Shown here: in pieces, positions 36,061 to 44,846 of the stretch
How the letters are laid out: each line of letters begins with the position of its first letter
Position numbering within the stretch: the first letter of the stretch is position 1
NCBI GenBank assembly: GCA_036802945.1
Contig: DAIRVG010000001.1
Location: 33,166-97,165, forward strand
Length of the DNA: 64,000 nt
Reading direction: 5' to 3'
Origin: Vicinamibacterales bacterium
Lineage (GTDB): Bacteria; Acidobacteriota; Vicinamibacteria; Vicinamibacterales; UBA2999
The notes under the pieces: model-generated
Databases searched by the model: none
What the model was told of the DNA's origin: nothing
The model's input: the letters and a program-made list of their open reading frames with translations, nothing else
Made by a program: the position numbers and the translations under genes

Positions 36061-37173
36061 ATGAACGCAGTGCAACCGGAAAAAACCTATGGTCTCCGGC
36101 GCGGCGCGGAGGAATTCCCGCTGATGCTGGTGATCTCGATCATCTATCCGTGCAACTTTGGCTGCCCGAATTGCCCGTACACGGACGCCAACTCGGAGAT
36201 CCGGCAGTTCTACCACGAGCACCACGCCGACCTGTTCCCCGTGGATCTGTGGAACAAGCTCGCGGTGGAGTGCGGCGAGCATGGCGCCTGGATGCGGTGC
36301 ACCGGCGGCGGCGAGCCGATGCTCCACCCGCACATGGTGGACATGATCGAGCTGGCCAAGGCGAAGGGCGCGCGCGTCTGGATGAACACGAACGGCAGCA
36401 TGTTCGGGCCGACGCCGGCGCTGCGCAGCAAGCTGGAGCGCCTGATCAAGGCCGGCATCGACCTGATCGAGTTTTCGATGGACGCCGGCGACGCCGAGAC
36501 GTACGCCCAGGTTCGTCCACCACACCGTGGCGGCCCGCCGCGCGATCCGCAGAAATGGTGGCTGAACGCCGTCAACAACGTTCGGGCCGCGCTCGAGCTG
36601 CGCAAGCAGTTCACGGCCACGACGCGCATCGTCGTGTCGATCATCCGGCAGCAGCAAATCGAAGGGAAGCTCGACCAGGCGATTGCCTTCTGGTTCAAGG
36701 AGGTCGGCGTCGACGAGGTGATCACACGAAAGTTCCTCACCTGGGACGACAACACGCACATTCAGCTCGGCAAGGCCCTCGATCCACATCTGTACCGGTC
36801 GATGCCGACGCAGAAAAAGGAGCCCTGCGTGTGGCCGTTCGAGCGCCTCAACGTAGACACGCTGGGACGGATCGCATTGTGCGGCCAGGACATTTCCTTC
36901 CGCACGTCAGAGTTCTTCCCGAACGCCAATGACGTGTCGATCAAGGAGATTTGGCAGGGGGAGCGCTTCACCTGGTACCGGCGGATGCACCTCGAAGGAC
37001 GCGGGGCCGAAGCGTTTCCCTGCCGCGGCTGCTCGGCCTGGTTTGCCGGCATCCGCGACTGGGATCACGGCTGGCTCAAGGTGCTGAAGACGTCTGGTGA
37101 TCACCTCAAAGACGTCATGAAGAAGGATCTCGGCGTCGACGTCGAGATCTACCAGCCCGACTCGCAACCCTGA
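36061..37173 (+). CDS. Radical SAM protein with C-terminal SPASM/twitch-like Cys cluster
   Basis: Has the CX3CX2C motif YPCNFGCPNC and a GGGEPML glycine-rich SAM motif. The C-terminus contains CVWPFERLNVDTLGRIALC and CRGCSAW. Confidence 0.85.
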   Translation: MNAVQPEKTYGLRRGAEEFPLMLVISIIYPCNFGCPNCPYTDANSEIRQFYHEHHADLFPVDLWNKLAVECGEHGAWMRCTGGGEPMLHPHMVDMIELAKAKGARVWMNTNGSMFGPTPALRSKLERLIKAGIDLIEFSMDAGDAETYAQVRPPHRGGPPRDPQKWWLNAVNNVRAALELRKQFTATTRIVVSIIRQQQIEGKLDQAIAFWFKEVGVDEVITRKFLTWDDNTHIQLGKALDPHLYRSMPTQKKEPCVWPFERLNVDTLGRIALCGQDISFRTSEFFPNANDVSIKEIWQGERFTWYRRMHLEGRGAEAFPCRGCSAWFAGIRDWDHGWLKVLKTSGDHLKDVMKKDLGVDVEIYQPDSQP

Positions 37174-37685
37174 TGACCGGGCGTGACGACGTACGCCTGG
37201 TGCCGCTGGGGCGGGAGCACCTGGCGCGGACACGCGAGTGGACCAACGATTCGGATCTGATGCGGTTGATGGATCGCAGCAGGATCGTCTCGGAGATCGA
37301 ACACGAAGCCTGGTTCGCCTCGATCGCCACACGAGACGATTGTGAGTACTTCGCCATAGAGCAGGCGGGGGAACCACGCCACGTCGGCAACGTCTGGCTC
37401 TGGGCGATTGACGCCCGTCATTGCAAAGCCGAGCTGCGCATTGTCGTCGGCGAGCCCTCGGCGCGCGGCCGCGGCGTCGGCCATCTCGCGATCGATCACC
37501 TCTGCCGGCACGCGTTCGACCAGCTCGCCCTTCATCGCATCTACGCGTATGTCCTCGCGATCAATCCCGGCGGGAAGCGCGCTTTCGAGAAGGCGGGCTT
37601 CGTCGTCGAGGGGCGGCTCAAGGACGATCGGTCGACCGCCAGCGGCTTCGTCGACAGTTGGCTGCTCGCCCGGGTCGTTCGTTGA
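37173..37685 (+). CDS. GNAT N-acetyltransferase (RimL/PseH-like)
   Basis: Contains LVPLGREHL..EW.ND, EHEAWF, RGRGVGHLAIDHL, YAYVLAINPGGKRAFEKAGFVVEG. Its start overlaps the upstream stop by 1 nt (TGATG). Confidence 0.8.
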   Translation: MTGRDDVRLVPLGREHLARTREWTNDSDLMRLMDRSRIVSEIEHEAWFASIATRDDCEYFAIEQAGEPRHVGNVWLWAIDARHCKAELRIVVGEPSARGRGVGHLAIDHLCRHAFDQLALHRIYAYVLAINPGGKRAFEKAGFVVEGRLKDDRSTASGFVDSWLLARVVR

Positions 37686-37729
37686 CCGTATCGAGACAAA
37701 TGACCTAGAATGAATACGTTACAGCTTCA

Positions 37730-38113
37730 ATGCTTCACCTAATCTACGACGGCCAGTGTGGGTTCTGCCGGCGAGCGCTGGCTGCCGCGCTGCGCGTCGA
37801 CATCAACGGACGTCTCCGTCTCCACGACGCCACCCACCGCGAGTACGTGCACGGCGAGTTCCCCGAACTGGCGGGCGCTGACTTCGATAACGCGATGTTC
37901 GCCGTCGACGAAGACCGGCGCGTGACGCGCGGATTCTTCGCGTTCCGGCGCGTCGCGTGGGAAAGTCCTCTTACGTGGCCGTTGCTCCTGCTGTTCTACC
38001 TGCCGGGCGCTGGTGTCGTCGGGTCGCGGCTGTATGCGTGGGTGGCGCGCAATCGCCGTCGCTTCGGATGCGAGTCCGACATCTGCGAGCTGCCGCGGCC
38101 CCCTCGCCGTTGA
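37730..38113 (+). CDS. DCC-family thiol-disulfide oxidoreductase (DUF393)
   Basis: Contains LIYDGQCGFCRR near the N-terminus, ...RLRLHD..., and YAWVARNRRRFGC at the C-terminus. This is the typical DCC1-like layout. Confidence 0.8.
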   Translation: MLHLIYDGQCGFCRRALAAALRVDINGRLRLHDATHREYVHGEFPELAGADFDNAMFAVDEDRRVTRGFFAFRRVAWESPLTWPLLLLFYLPGAGVVGSRLYAWVARNRRRFGCESDICELPRPPRR

Positions 38114-38114
38114 A

Positions 38115-39575
38115 GTGATCGACGCTCTTCTCCCCGATCTCAGCTTCTCCACACAGGCGCTGGTTCGCGTGGGCTATGGCGTGCTGATGCTGTTGACGCT
38201 GGCCCAGGCACTGCCGAACGCGCGACGCTTCTTCCTGAGCGAGCGATGGGGCGGCTACGCGAAGTCGTCGCGTGACGTGGATGCGATTCAGAACCCGCGC
38301 GTGCTGCCGATGCTGCTCATCGTCTGGTTCGGAGCAGCATTCGCAATCACGTTCGGATGGGCGATGCCTTGGGCCGCGCTCGTCAACCTCGTGCTCTGCG
38401 GGTACTTCTTCATCCACATGCGGTGGAAGGGGATCCTGCGCGGCATGGGTGCGCCGGGGTTCATGGCGTACTGGGTGGGTTTCGCGGTTTTCCTGCTCGA
38501 ATACACCTCGCGGTATGCGCCGGACCTGCGATCGCTGGCGCTGCTGGTCCTGCAAGTGGACCTCGCGCTCGTCATGCTGTCCGCTGGTGTGTACAAGTTC
38601 ACGGCCGGGTATCCACGCAATCACGGCATGGAGCTCGGGATGGCCAACCCGATGTGGGGCTATTGGTGGAGGCGTTACATCAAGCTGCCCCCCAACCACG
38701 CGGTGTTCTGGACACTGAATCAGCTGGCGTGGGGAACGGAAGTTGTTGCAGCGCTGCTCATGCTCGTTCCCGGGACACGCGAGCTCGGCGGGCTCCTCCT
38801 CAGCGCGAGCTTCGTGTTCATCCTCACGCAGATCCGTCTCGGGTTCCTGTGCGAGATGGTCGTCGTGTCCGGGCTCCTGTACGTCGTGGCGGGCAGCCCC
38901 CTCGACGGCTGGATCGCGGCATTGGTGGGCGTGCCCCCGGCGCCCTCGGTCGGGACGGGACCGGGGTTCGCGATTGCCAATGCCGCGCTCGGCGCCGCGC
39001 TCATCGTCTACCTCGTGCTGTTGCCGCTTGCGCATGCCGGTCTCTACTACAACTTCTACGCGCGTCGTTCGTTTCCAGCGCCGCTGCAGCGGCTCCTCGA
39101 GCGGTATACGAATCTGTTCGGGATGATCATCTGGCGCGTGTTCTCGGTGGATCTGGTGAACTTCTTCATCCACGTGCATACGGAGTCTCCGGAGGGCGGA
39201 TCGCGCACGCTGGTCGGGAGGCTGGGGACGTGGCCGCGGTTCAATCATGTCGGCGAGATGATCTGCATCACGTCGCTCTTCACCACGCTCAAGTACTACC
39301 CGGCCGACGACGGCATCTTTCGTGAGCGGCTGCTGAGGTACGCGCGCACCATTGCGCGGCCGAAGGCGTCGGTGCTCGTGTTCGAGTACATCAGGGTGGT
39401 GAAGCGGCCGACGCACTTCGATTGGGTACCCGCCGCCGAGTATCGCGTTGATGTCGATGCCGGCACCGTCTCGGAACGGCTCCTCGACAACAGTTTCTCG
39501 CCCCGCGCGGCGCACGCGGTATCGCCCGTGCACGCAGGCGCCGTCCCGGGCAGCTACGCGCCCGCGAGTCGCTGA
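38115..39575 (+). CDS. Polytopic membrane protein, HTTM/lipase-maturation-factor-like (tentative)
   Basis: GTG 38115 lies immediately after the DCC stop. The track ORF start at 38013 would overlap DCC by 100 nt. The protein has several hydrophobic helices starting at ALVRVGYGVLMLLTLAQAL and a soluble C-terminal ~150 aa. The family call rests on the layout and the known DCC-HTTM neighbourhood. Confidence 0.6.
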   Translation: MIDALLPDLSFSTQALVRVGYGVLMLLTLAQALPNARRFFLSERWGGYAKSSRDVDAIQNPRVLPMLLIVWFGAAFAITFGWAMPWAALVNLVLCGYFFIHMRWKGILRGMGAPGFMAYWVGFAVFLLEYTSRYAPDLRSLALLVLQVDLALVMLSAGVYKFTAGYPRNHGMELGMANPMWGYWWRRYIKLPPNHAVFWTLNQLAWGTEVVAALLMLVPGTRELGGLLLSASFVFILTQIRLGFLCEMVVVSGLLYVVAGSPLDGWIAALVGVPPAPSVGTGPGFAIANAALGAALIVYLVLLPLAHAGLYYNFYARRSFPAPLQRLLERYTNLFGMIIWRVFSVDLVNFFIHVHTESPEGGSRTLVGRLGTWPRFNHVGEMICITSLFTTLKYYPADDGIFRERLLRYARTIARPKASVLVFEYIRVVKRPTHFDWVPAAEYRVDVDAGTVSERLLDNSFSPRAAHAVSPVHAGAVPGSYAPASR

Positions 39576-39576
39576 G

Positions 39577-41364
39577 ATGTGCGGGATTGCGGGCATCTTC
39601 GGAAAGGCCGATCCGCCCACGGTCCACCGGATGCTGGAAACGCTGCGCCACCGCGGTCCCGACGACGGCCACGTGGTGTCGGGAGAGGGCTACACGATTG
39701 GTGCGCGGCGTCTGAGCATCGTCGACGTCGAAGGCGGTCGACAGCCTCTAACCAACGAGGATGCCACCGTCGTCGCCACACAAAATGGCGAGATCTATAA
39801 CTTTCCAGAGTTGCGGCCTGCCTTGCTCAAAGCGGGGCATCGACTGCAGACGCACACCGATACCGAGGTGCTTCCCCACCTGTGGGAAGACTTCGGCGAG
39901 CGGCTTCCCGAGCACATCCAGGGCATGTTCGCGATCGCGGTATGGGACGCCCGCCAGCGCGTGGGACTGCTTGCACGCGATCGCATGGGGAAGAAGCCGC
40001 TGTACTACTGGGAACAGGACGGCGCGCTGTATTTCGCCTCCGAGCTGAAGGCGCTGCTCGTTGTCCCTGGCTTCACGCGGCGCCTCAATCACGAGGCGCT
40101 GCATCATTACCTGAGCTATAAGCACGTCCCGCATCCGCTGACGATTTTCGAAGGCGTGCGGATGCTGGCGCCGGCGCACCGGCTGCTGTTCCGTCCCGGC
40201 GCGTCACCGGCCATCTCCCGCTACTGGTCGCTGTCGTTTGCCCCATCGAACGGTCACGTTCCAGATGAGCGCGAGGCCGTCGACGAGTTGCTCGCGCGAT
40301 TGCGAACCGCCGTGCGCCGCCGGCTGATGTCGGACGTTCCGGTAGGTTTCTTCCTCAGCGGCGGCCTTGATTCATCGCTGACGACGGCGCTGGCGACGGA
40401 AGTCGCGCCCGGGCGGATCAAGACGTTCACGCTGACTTACGACGACGCCGCGACCACTGCGGGCAAGGAGCAGGACCGCCGGTGGGCCGGATGGGTTGCG
40501 GAACACTACGGTACCGACCATCACGAGGAAAGCATCTCGGTGTCGAACTATCCGGAGCAGCTACGAGCGATTCTCCGGGCATTCGACGAACCCTTCGCCG
40601 GTGTGGTCTCTACGTATTTCCTCGCGCAGCGCATGGCGCGGCACGTGAAGGTCGCGATCGCAGGGGATGGCGCCGACGAATTGTTCGGGAGTTATTTGTC
40701 TCACCGGATCGCGGCGGGTGCCCAAACCCTCCCCGGGGCTTCCGGCCTGGCGGATTGGGAGTGGCGCGCGCGCCTGCTGGTGCTCAGTGAGGAGGAGAAA
40801 TGTTCGTTGTACTCGCCGGCCATGCGTGACGCGCATGGCGATGCGACGACGACCGCACACCTCCGTCATTCATTTGAGGGGCTGACGGCGCGCGATCCGC
40901 TGAACCGGATGCTCGAGGCCGAGTTCCACGGCATCTTTCCCGATCAGGTCCTGGCGTTTGTCGATCGCCTTTCGATGGCGCATTCGCTCGAAGTGCGCAG
41001 CGCGTTTCTCGATACCGACGTCGTCGAATATGTGGCGAGCCTTCCCGGCGCTCTCAAGATCTTCGACGGTGAAACGAAGCACGTGCTCAAGCAGGCGGCC
41101 CTCCGGTATTTCCCCGAGGAGATGGTACGGAGGCCGAAGGAAGGCTTCCTCATGCCCGTGACCAACTGGGTGATGAACGACCTCCAGTCGTGGGTGCGCG
41201 AGATGCTCTCGCCCGAGCGGCTCCGCCTTCACGGTCTGTTCAACGTCGAACGTGTGGATAAACTGGTGGACGTGATCTACCGGCCTGGCTGCGATTACAC
41301 GGACGTGAACAAGGTCCTGGCGCTCGTGATCTTCCAGGAATGGTACGAGCTGTATCTCACGTAG
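39577..41364 (+). CDS. asnB: Asparagine synthetase B-type glutamine amidotransferase
   Basis: Starts MCGIAGIF (N-terminal nucleophile Cys2). Contains HRGPDD, NGEIYN and the SGGLDSS PP-loop, followed by a C-terminal synthetase domain. ATG 39577 lies 1 nt after the upstream stop. Confidence 0.9.
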   Translation: MCGIAGIFGKADPPTVHRMLETLRHRGPDDGHVVSGEGYTIGARRLSIVDVEGGRQPLTNEDATVVATQNGEIYNFPELRPALLKAGHRLQTHTDTEVLPHLWEDFGERLPEHIQGMFAIAVWDARQRVGLLARDRMGKKPLYYWEQDGALYFASELKALLVVPGFTRRLNHEALHHYLSYKHVPHPLTIFEGVRMLAPAHRLLFRPGASPAISRYWSLSFAPSNGHVPDEREAVDELLARLRTAVRRRLMSDVPVGFFLSGGLDSSLTTALATEVAPGRIKTFTLTYDDAATTAGKEQDRRWAGWVAEHYGTDHHEESISVSNYPEQLRAILRAFDEPFAGVVSTYFLAQRMARHVKVAIAGDGADELFGSYLSHRIAAGAQTLPGASGLADWEWRARLLVLSEEEKCSLYSPAMRDAHGDATTTAHLRHSFEGLTARDPLNRMLEAEFHGIFPDQVLAFVDRLSMAHSLEVRSAFLDTDVVEYVASLPGALKIFDGETKHVLKQAALRYFPEEMVRRPKEGFLMPVTNWVMNDLQSWVREMLSPERLRLHGLFNVERVDKLVDVIYRPGCDYTDVNKVLALVIFQEWYELYLT

Positions 41365-41389
41365 GCTTTCACGGAAACGATCGACTGCG

Positions 41390-42229
41390 ATGTCCAAACC
41401 ATCCGTGCCCTGCCCTGCGTGCGCGAATACTCACACGAAGGCGATCAAGCCGTGGCGGCTCGGGAAACACAACGCCATCGCCTGTTGGCGGTGCGGGCTG
41501 GTTTTCACCCATCCGCAGCCCGCTCCCGAGACGTTGGAGGCGTACTACCAGCCCGACGGCGGATGGCGTGAGTTCCGTCCCGATCCGAAGGGGACGGATG
41601 CACAGACGCGCCACAAGGGTCCGGGGGGATTGGCGGTACTCGACGTGCTCGACAGATACGTGCCGCCGGGCACGCGACGCGTGCTCGATTTCGGCTGCGG
41701 CGTCGGCGCGTGGCTGAACGTGCTTCAGGATCGCGGATGGGAAACGTACGGCATCGAGCCGTCGAGTGATGCCGCCTTCGTCCGCCACCAGCGCCTGCAT
41801 GAGATCCCGAGCGACGGCAGTTTCGACCTGCTGGTGATGTATCACGTTCTCGAACACCTGCCTCGGCCGCTCGAGACGTTACGTCAGCTTTCCGCGGCCA
41901 TGCGGGTGGGCGGGTACTGCTTCGTCAGCGTCCCGCGTTTGGATGCGGTGGCGGCACACCGAAAGCTGACCTACTGTCTCCACCCTACACACCACATCGT
42001 GGCGTTCACCGAGGCGTGCCTTCGCGGGCTGCTTGCCGGCGCCGGTTTCCAGGTGGTCACCGCGCTGCACGAAATGGATCCGCTCTTCACCGACGGCGTC
42101 CCGCTTCGGTTGCGCCTTCTGGCTCGCCGGGTCGCGAACCCGTTGCCGTGGCCCGATCCCGCGAAGTCGCTGCGCGCACTGTTCGAGAACCTGATTCCCC
42201 TCCTCGAGGAGCGGAAAGAAGCCCGGTGA
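41390..42229 (+). CDS. Zinc-ribbon SAM-dependent methyltransferase (paralogue of 19535..20368)
   Basis: Contains CPACA...CWRCGLVFTHPQP, VLDFGCGVGAWLN, MYHVLEHLPRPLETL and HHIVAFTEACLRGLLA. Confidence 0.8.
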   Translation: MSKPSVPCPACANTHTKAIKPWRLGKHNAIACWRCGLVFTHPQPAPETLEAYYQPDGGWREFRPDPKGTDAQTRHKGPGGLAVLDVLDRYVPPGTRRVLDFGCGVGAWLNVLQDRGWETYGIEPSSDAAFVRHQRLHEIPSDGSFDLLVMYHVLEHLPRPLETLRQLSAAMRVGGYCFVSVPRLDAVAAHRKLTYCLHPTHHIVAFTEACLRGLLAGAGFQVVTALHEMDPLFTDGVPLRLRLLARRVANPLPWPDPAKSLRALFENLIPLLEERKEAR

Positions 42230-43032
42230 GTGTCGACATCCTTCCCGGAACGCCGCGCGTGTCGTTCGGTCTCTCGATGCTCGGATGGGCGCTCAATGAA
42301 GAAGAGAGCATCGGTTCGTATATCGATCGCGCAGGCGCGTTCCTTCAAACGCTGACCGATGACTTCGAGCTGATCGTCATCGACGACGGCAGCCGCGATC
42401 GGACCTGGGAGATCCTGGTCGACTACCAGCGGTCGCGCCCGTGGCTGAAGCCGTACCGCAACGAACGCAACTTCGGTTCGGGCTACAACACGAAGCGCGC
42501 GATCTCTCTCGCCTCGAAGGACTACGTGTTCTGGCAGACGGTCGATTGGGCGTACGACATCCGGCATCTGGCGCATGCGCTGAACGATCTCCACACGGTC
42601 GACGTGCTGCAGGGCGTCCGGCGTCACACGACTTCCGCTGGCGCGATCCTCGAACGGCGATCGGACAATGCCTACAAGGGGCTGGTGTCGGTCGTCAATT
42701 ACCACCTGATCCGGACGCTGTTCAGGCTCCCAATCCACGACTATCAGAACGTGACGGTGTATCCTCGCGGCCTGATCCAGGGCGTGAGGCTCGAGACGGA
42801 GAGCTCGTTCACCAACGCCGAGTGTCTGTTGAAGACATGGTGGCAGGGAGCGACGTTCAAGGAAGTGCACGTGCCGTTTGTCAAACGGCAGCGCGGCACC
42901 GGTACGGGGACGCGGCCGCGCGCAATCGCGGCGGCGATTCGAGACATCCTCTCGTGGTGGACGAAATGGGTTCTGCTCGGCCGGCGCCCGCACAGCGGCC
43001 GCGGGCGCGTCATCTCGATCGATGAATCGTGA
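42226..43032 (+). CDS. GT2 glycosyltransferase
   Basis: GTG 42226 overlaps the upstream stop (GTGA). Contains LIVIDDGSRDRT and NERNFGSGYN, and a basic C-terminal tail. Confidence 0.85.
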   Translation: MSVDILPGTPRVSFGLSMLGWALNEEESIGSYIDRAGAFLQTLTDDFELIVIDDGSRDRTWEILVDYQRSRPWLKPYRNERNFGSGYNTKRAISLASKDYVFWQTVDWAYDIRHLAHALNDLHTVDVLQGVRRHTTSAGAILERRSDNAYKGLVSVVNYHLIRTLFRLPIHDYQNVTVYPRGLIQGVRLETESSFTNAECLLKTWWQGATFKEVHVPFVKRQRGTGTGTRPRAIAAAIRDILSWWTKWVLLGRRPHSGRGRVISIDES

Positions 43033-43057
43033 GCAGGTCCTCGTTGCCGCGCAGCCG

Positions 43058-43145
43058 GCGCGGTTGGCGGCGGCGTTTTCGGCGCGTTACCATAGGCGGC
43101 TGTTGCCAATCCCACAATCGAAGTCGACGCACACCCGCGCGGGCG
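43058..43145 (+). promoter_or_regulatory. Conserved intergenic element, copy 1 (promoter-like boxes plus conserved leader)
   Basis: About 82% identical over ~70-80 nt to 48563..48650, in the same orientation and at a similar distance (~50 nt) from the next start codon. It contains TTGGCG, an 18-nt spacer and TACCAT, followed by AGGCGGCTGTTGCCAATCCCACAATCGAA. Confidence 0.55.
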
Positions 43146-43188
43146 ATCGGTTTCCTGGCGCCGGGAACCGGCAGGCCGGTGAGGCGAG

Positions 43189-43869
43189 ATGATTAAACAA
43201 TACGGCCGCGGATGCCTGCTGCACGAGAGCCTGAAGACGTACGGACACAACTGGATCGGCGCCCATTCTATGATCCTGGAGAACGTGATCCTCGGCTACC
43301 CGACGAGCGATGTCCTGCTGAAGATCATGCATCGGCGTACGCGCCATGAAGATCTCGACTACGTCGGGGTTCGGATCGGGCATCACTGCATCATCCGATC
43401 GGAGGCGATACTCTATCGTGACGTGCAGATCGGCAACTACGTGCGGACAGGTCACAAGGTGCTCATCCGCGAGCGCTGCCGCATCGGTCATCACGTGCTC
43501 GTCGGCACCAATGTGGTCATCGACAACGACTCCACAATCGGAAGTCGAGTCAGCATTCAGTCGACCGTCTACATCCCGACGAAAACGATCATCGAGGACT
43601 GGGTGTTCATCGGCCCCAATGCGGTCTTTACCAACGACCGCTTCCCGATCCGCCTCAAGGCGCCGCTCGCCGCGCCGCGTATTCGCCGCGGGGCGACGAT
43701 CGGCGCCAACGCGACGATTCTGCCGGGTGTGGTGGTCGGAGAAGGGGCAATGGTCGCGGCGGGAGCCATCGTAACGAACAACGTGCCGCCATGGCATCTC
43801 GCGATCGGCGCCCCGGCAAGGTTCGAAACGCTTCCGCCGCGCCTCCGTCGGCAGAACCGGATCGTCTGA
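43189..43869 (+). CDS. Hexapeptide-repeat (left-handed beta-helix) sugar N/O-acyltransferase
   Basis: Successive [LIV]-G-x4 hexads run through VRIGHHCIIRSEAILYRDVQIGNYVRTGHKVLIRERCRIGHHVLVGTNVVI...IGANATILPGVVVGEGAMVAAGAIV. Confidence 0.85.
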   Translation: MIKQYGRGCLLHESLKTYGHNWIGAHSMILENVILGYPTSDVLLKIMHRRTRHEDLDYVGVRIGHHCIIRSEAILYRDVQIGNYVRTGHKVLIRERCRIGHHVLVGTNVVIDNDSTIGSRVSIQSTVYIPTKTIIEDWVFIGPNAVFTNDRFPIRLKAPLAAPRIRRGATIGANATILPGVVVGEGAMVAAGAIVTNNVPPWHLAIGAPARFETLPPRLRRQNRIV

Positions 43870-43871
43870 TC

Positions 43872-44846
43872 GTGCGACTCGCAGACGCGAGCGTGCTTGT
43901 CATCGGCGGTGCCGGCTTCATCGGAAGCCACCTGGTCGATCTGCTGGTCGATCGCGGCGTGAAACGCCTCTCCGTGGTCGACACCCTCTGGCTCGGTCGC
44001 GAAGAGAACCTCGCGTCCGCGCGGCGGCGGCGTCCGGACCTCGTTTTTTACAAGGAGGATGCCGCGGACTATTTCGCGCTGCGCACGATCTTCGTGGCGG
44101 AACGCCTCGATCTCGTGTTCAATCTCGCGACCCGTCCCCTGAGCTACAGCTTCACGCACCCCCGCGGCGCCTACATGACGAGCGTGGATATCGCGGTGAA
44201 CCTGGCCGAATTGCTCCGCGAGCAGCAGTTCGGACGGCTGGTGCATTTTTCGACTTCCGAGGTCTACGGCGATGCCATCACCATTCCGATGACGGAGGAC
44301 CACCCGCTGCACCCCACCACCTCCTACGCCGCCGGAAAACTTGCGGCCGACGTACTGCTGCAGTCATACGTGGAAATGTTCAAGGTTCCCGTGCTGACCG
44401 TGCGACCGTTCAACAATTACGGTCCCCGGCAGAACAGCGGGGATTACGCGGCGGTTATTCCGATCACCATCCGGCGGATCGCTTCCGGACTGCCTCCGAT
44501 CGTCGAAGGCTCCGGCGAGCAGACACGGGACTTCACCTACGTGAGGGACACCGTGCGCCTCGCCGCCGATCTCTGCGAGTGCGAGGCCGCCTGGGGCGGC
44601 ACGTTCAACGTGGCTCGCGCCGATGAAGTGCGGATCGGCGAGCTGATTGCGACGATTGGGGCCGTCATGGGTTGCGCGAGTCCCGCCGAGCGGCGCCCGC
44701 CGAGGCCCGCCGATCATCGGCGTCATCTTGCCGCCACGGATCGCGCGCGCTCACTCATCGCCTTCGACGACCTGACACCGTTGGAGGTGGGACTCGCCGA
44801 GACTATCGCGTGGTACACGGAGTCACTCAACCAGCGTGCGCGCTGA
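43872..44846 (+). CDS. NAD-dependent NDP-sugar epimerase/dehydratase (extended SDR)
   Basis: GTG 43872 follows the upstream stop. Contains VIGGAGFIGSHL, STSEVYG and a YxxxK motif (YAAGK). Confidence 0.85.
   Translation: MRLADASVLVIGGAGFIGSHLVDLLVDRGVKRLSVVDTLWLGREENLASARRRRPDLVFYKEDAADYFALRTIFVAERLDLVFNLATRPLSYSFTHPRGAYMTSVDIAVNLAELLREQQFGRLVHFSTSEVYGDAITIPMTEDHPLHPTTSYAAGKLAADVLLQSYVEMFKVPVLTVRPFNNYGPRQNSGDYAAVIPITIRRIASGLPPIVEGSGEQTRDFTYVRDTVRLAADLCECEAAWGGTFNVARADEVRIGELIATIGAVMGCASPAERRPPRPADHRRHLAATDRARSLIAFDDLTPLEVGLAETIAWYTESLNQRAR

Noticed and set aside
34909-36789. 626-aa ORF on the minus strand, antisense to the ArnB-like aminotransferase and radical SAM genes
   Set aside because: It is a shadow ORF typical of high-GC DNA. 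Its translation is Arg/His/Asp-rich and low in complexity with no recognisable motifs, whereas the sense frames carry clear family signatures. The same reasoning rejects the other long antisense ORFs: 14533-15291, 17434-18585, 22477-23754, 24081-25136, 32488-33420, 37971-39620, 41971-42993, 50882-51955, 55324-56562, 56686-58029 and 58584-59903.
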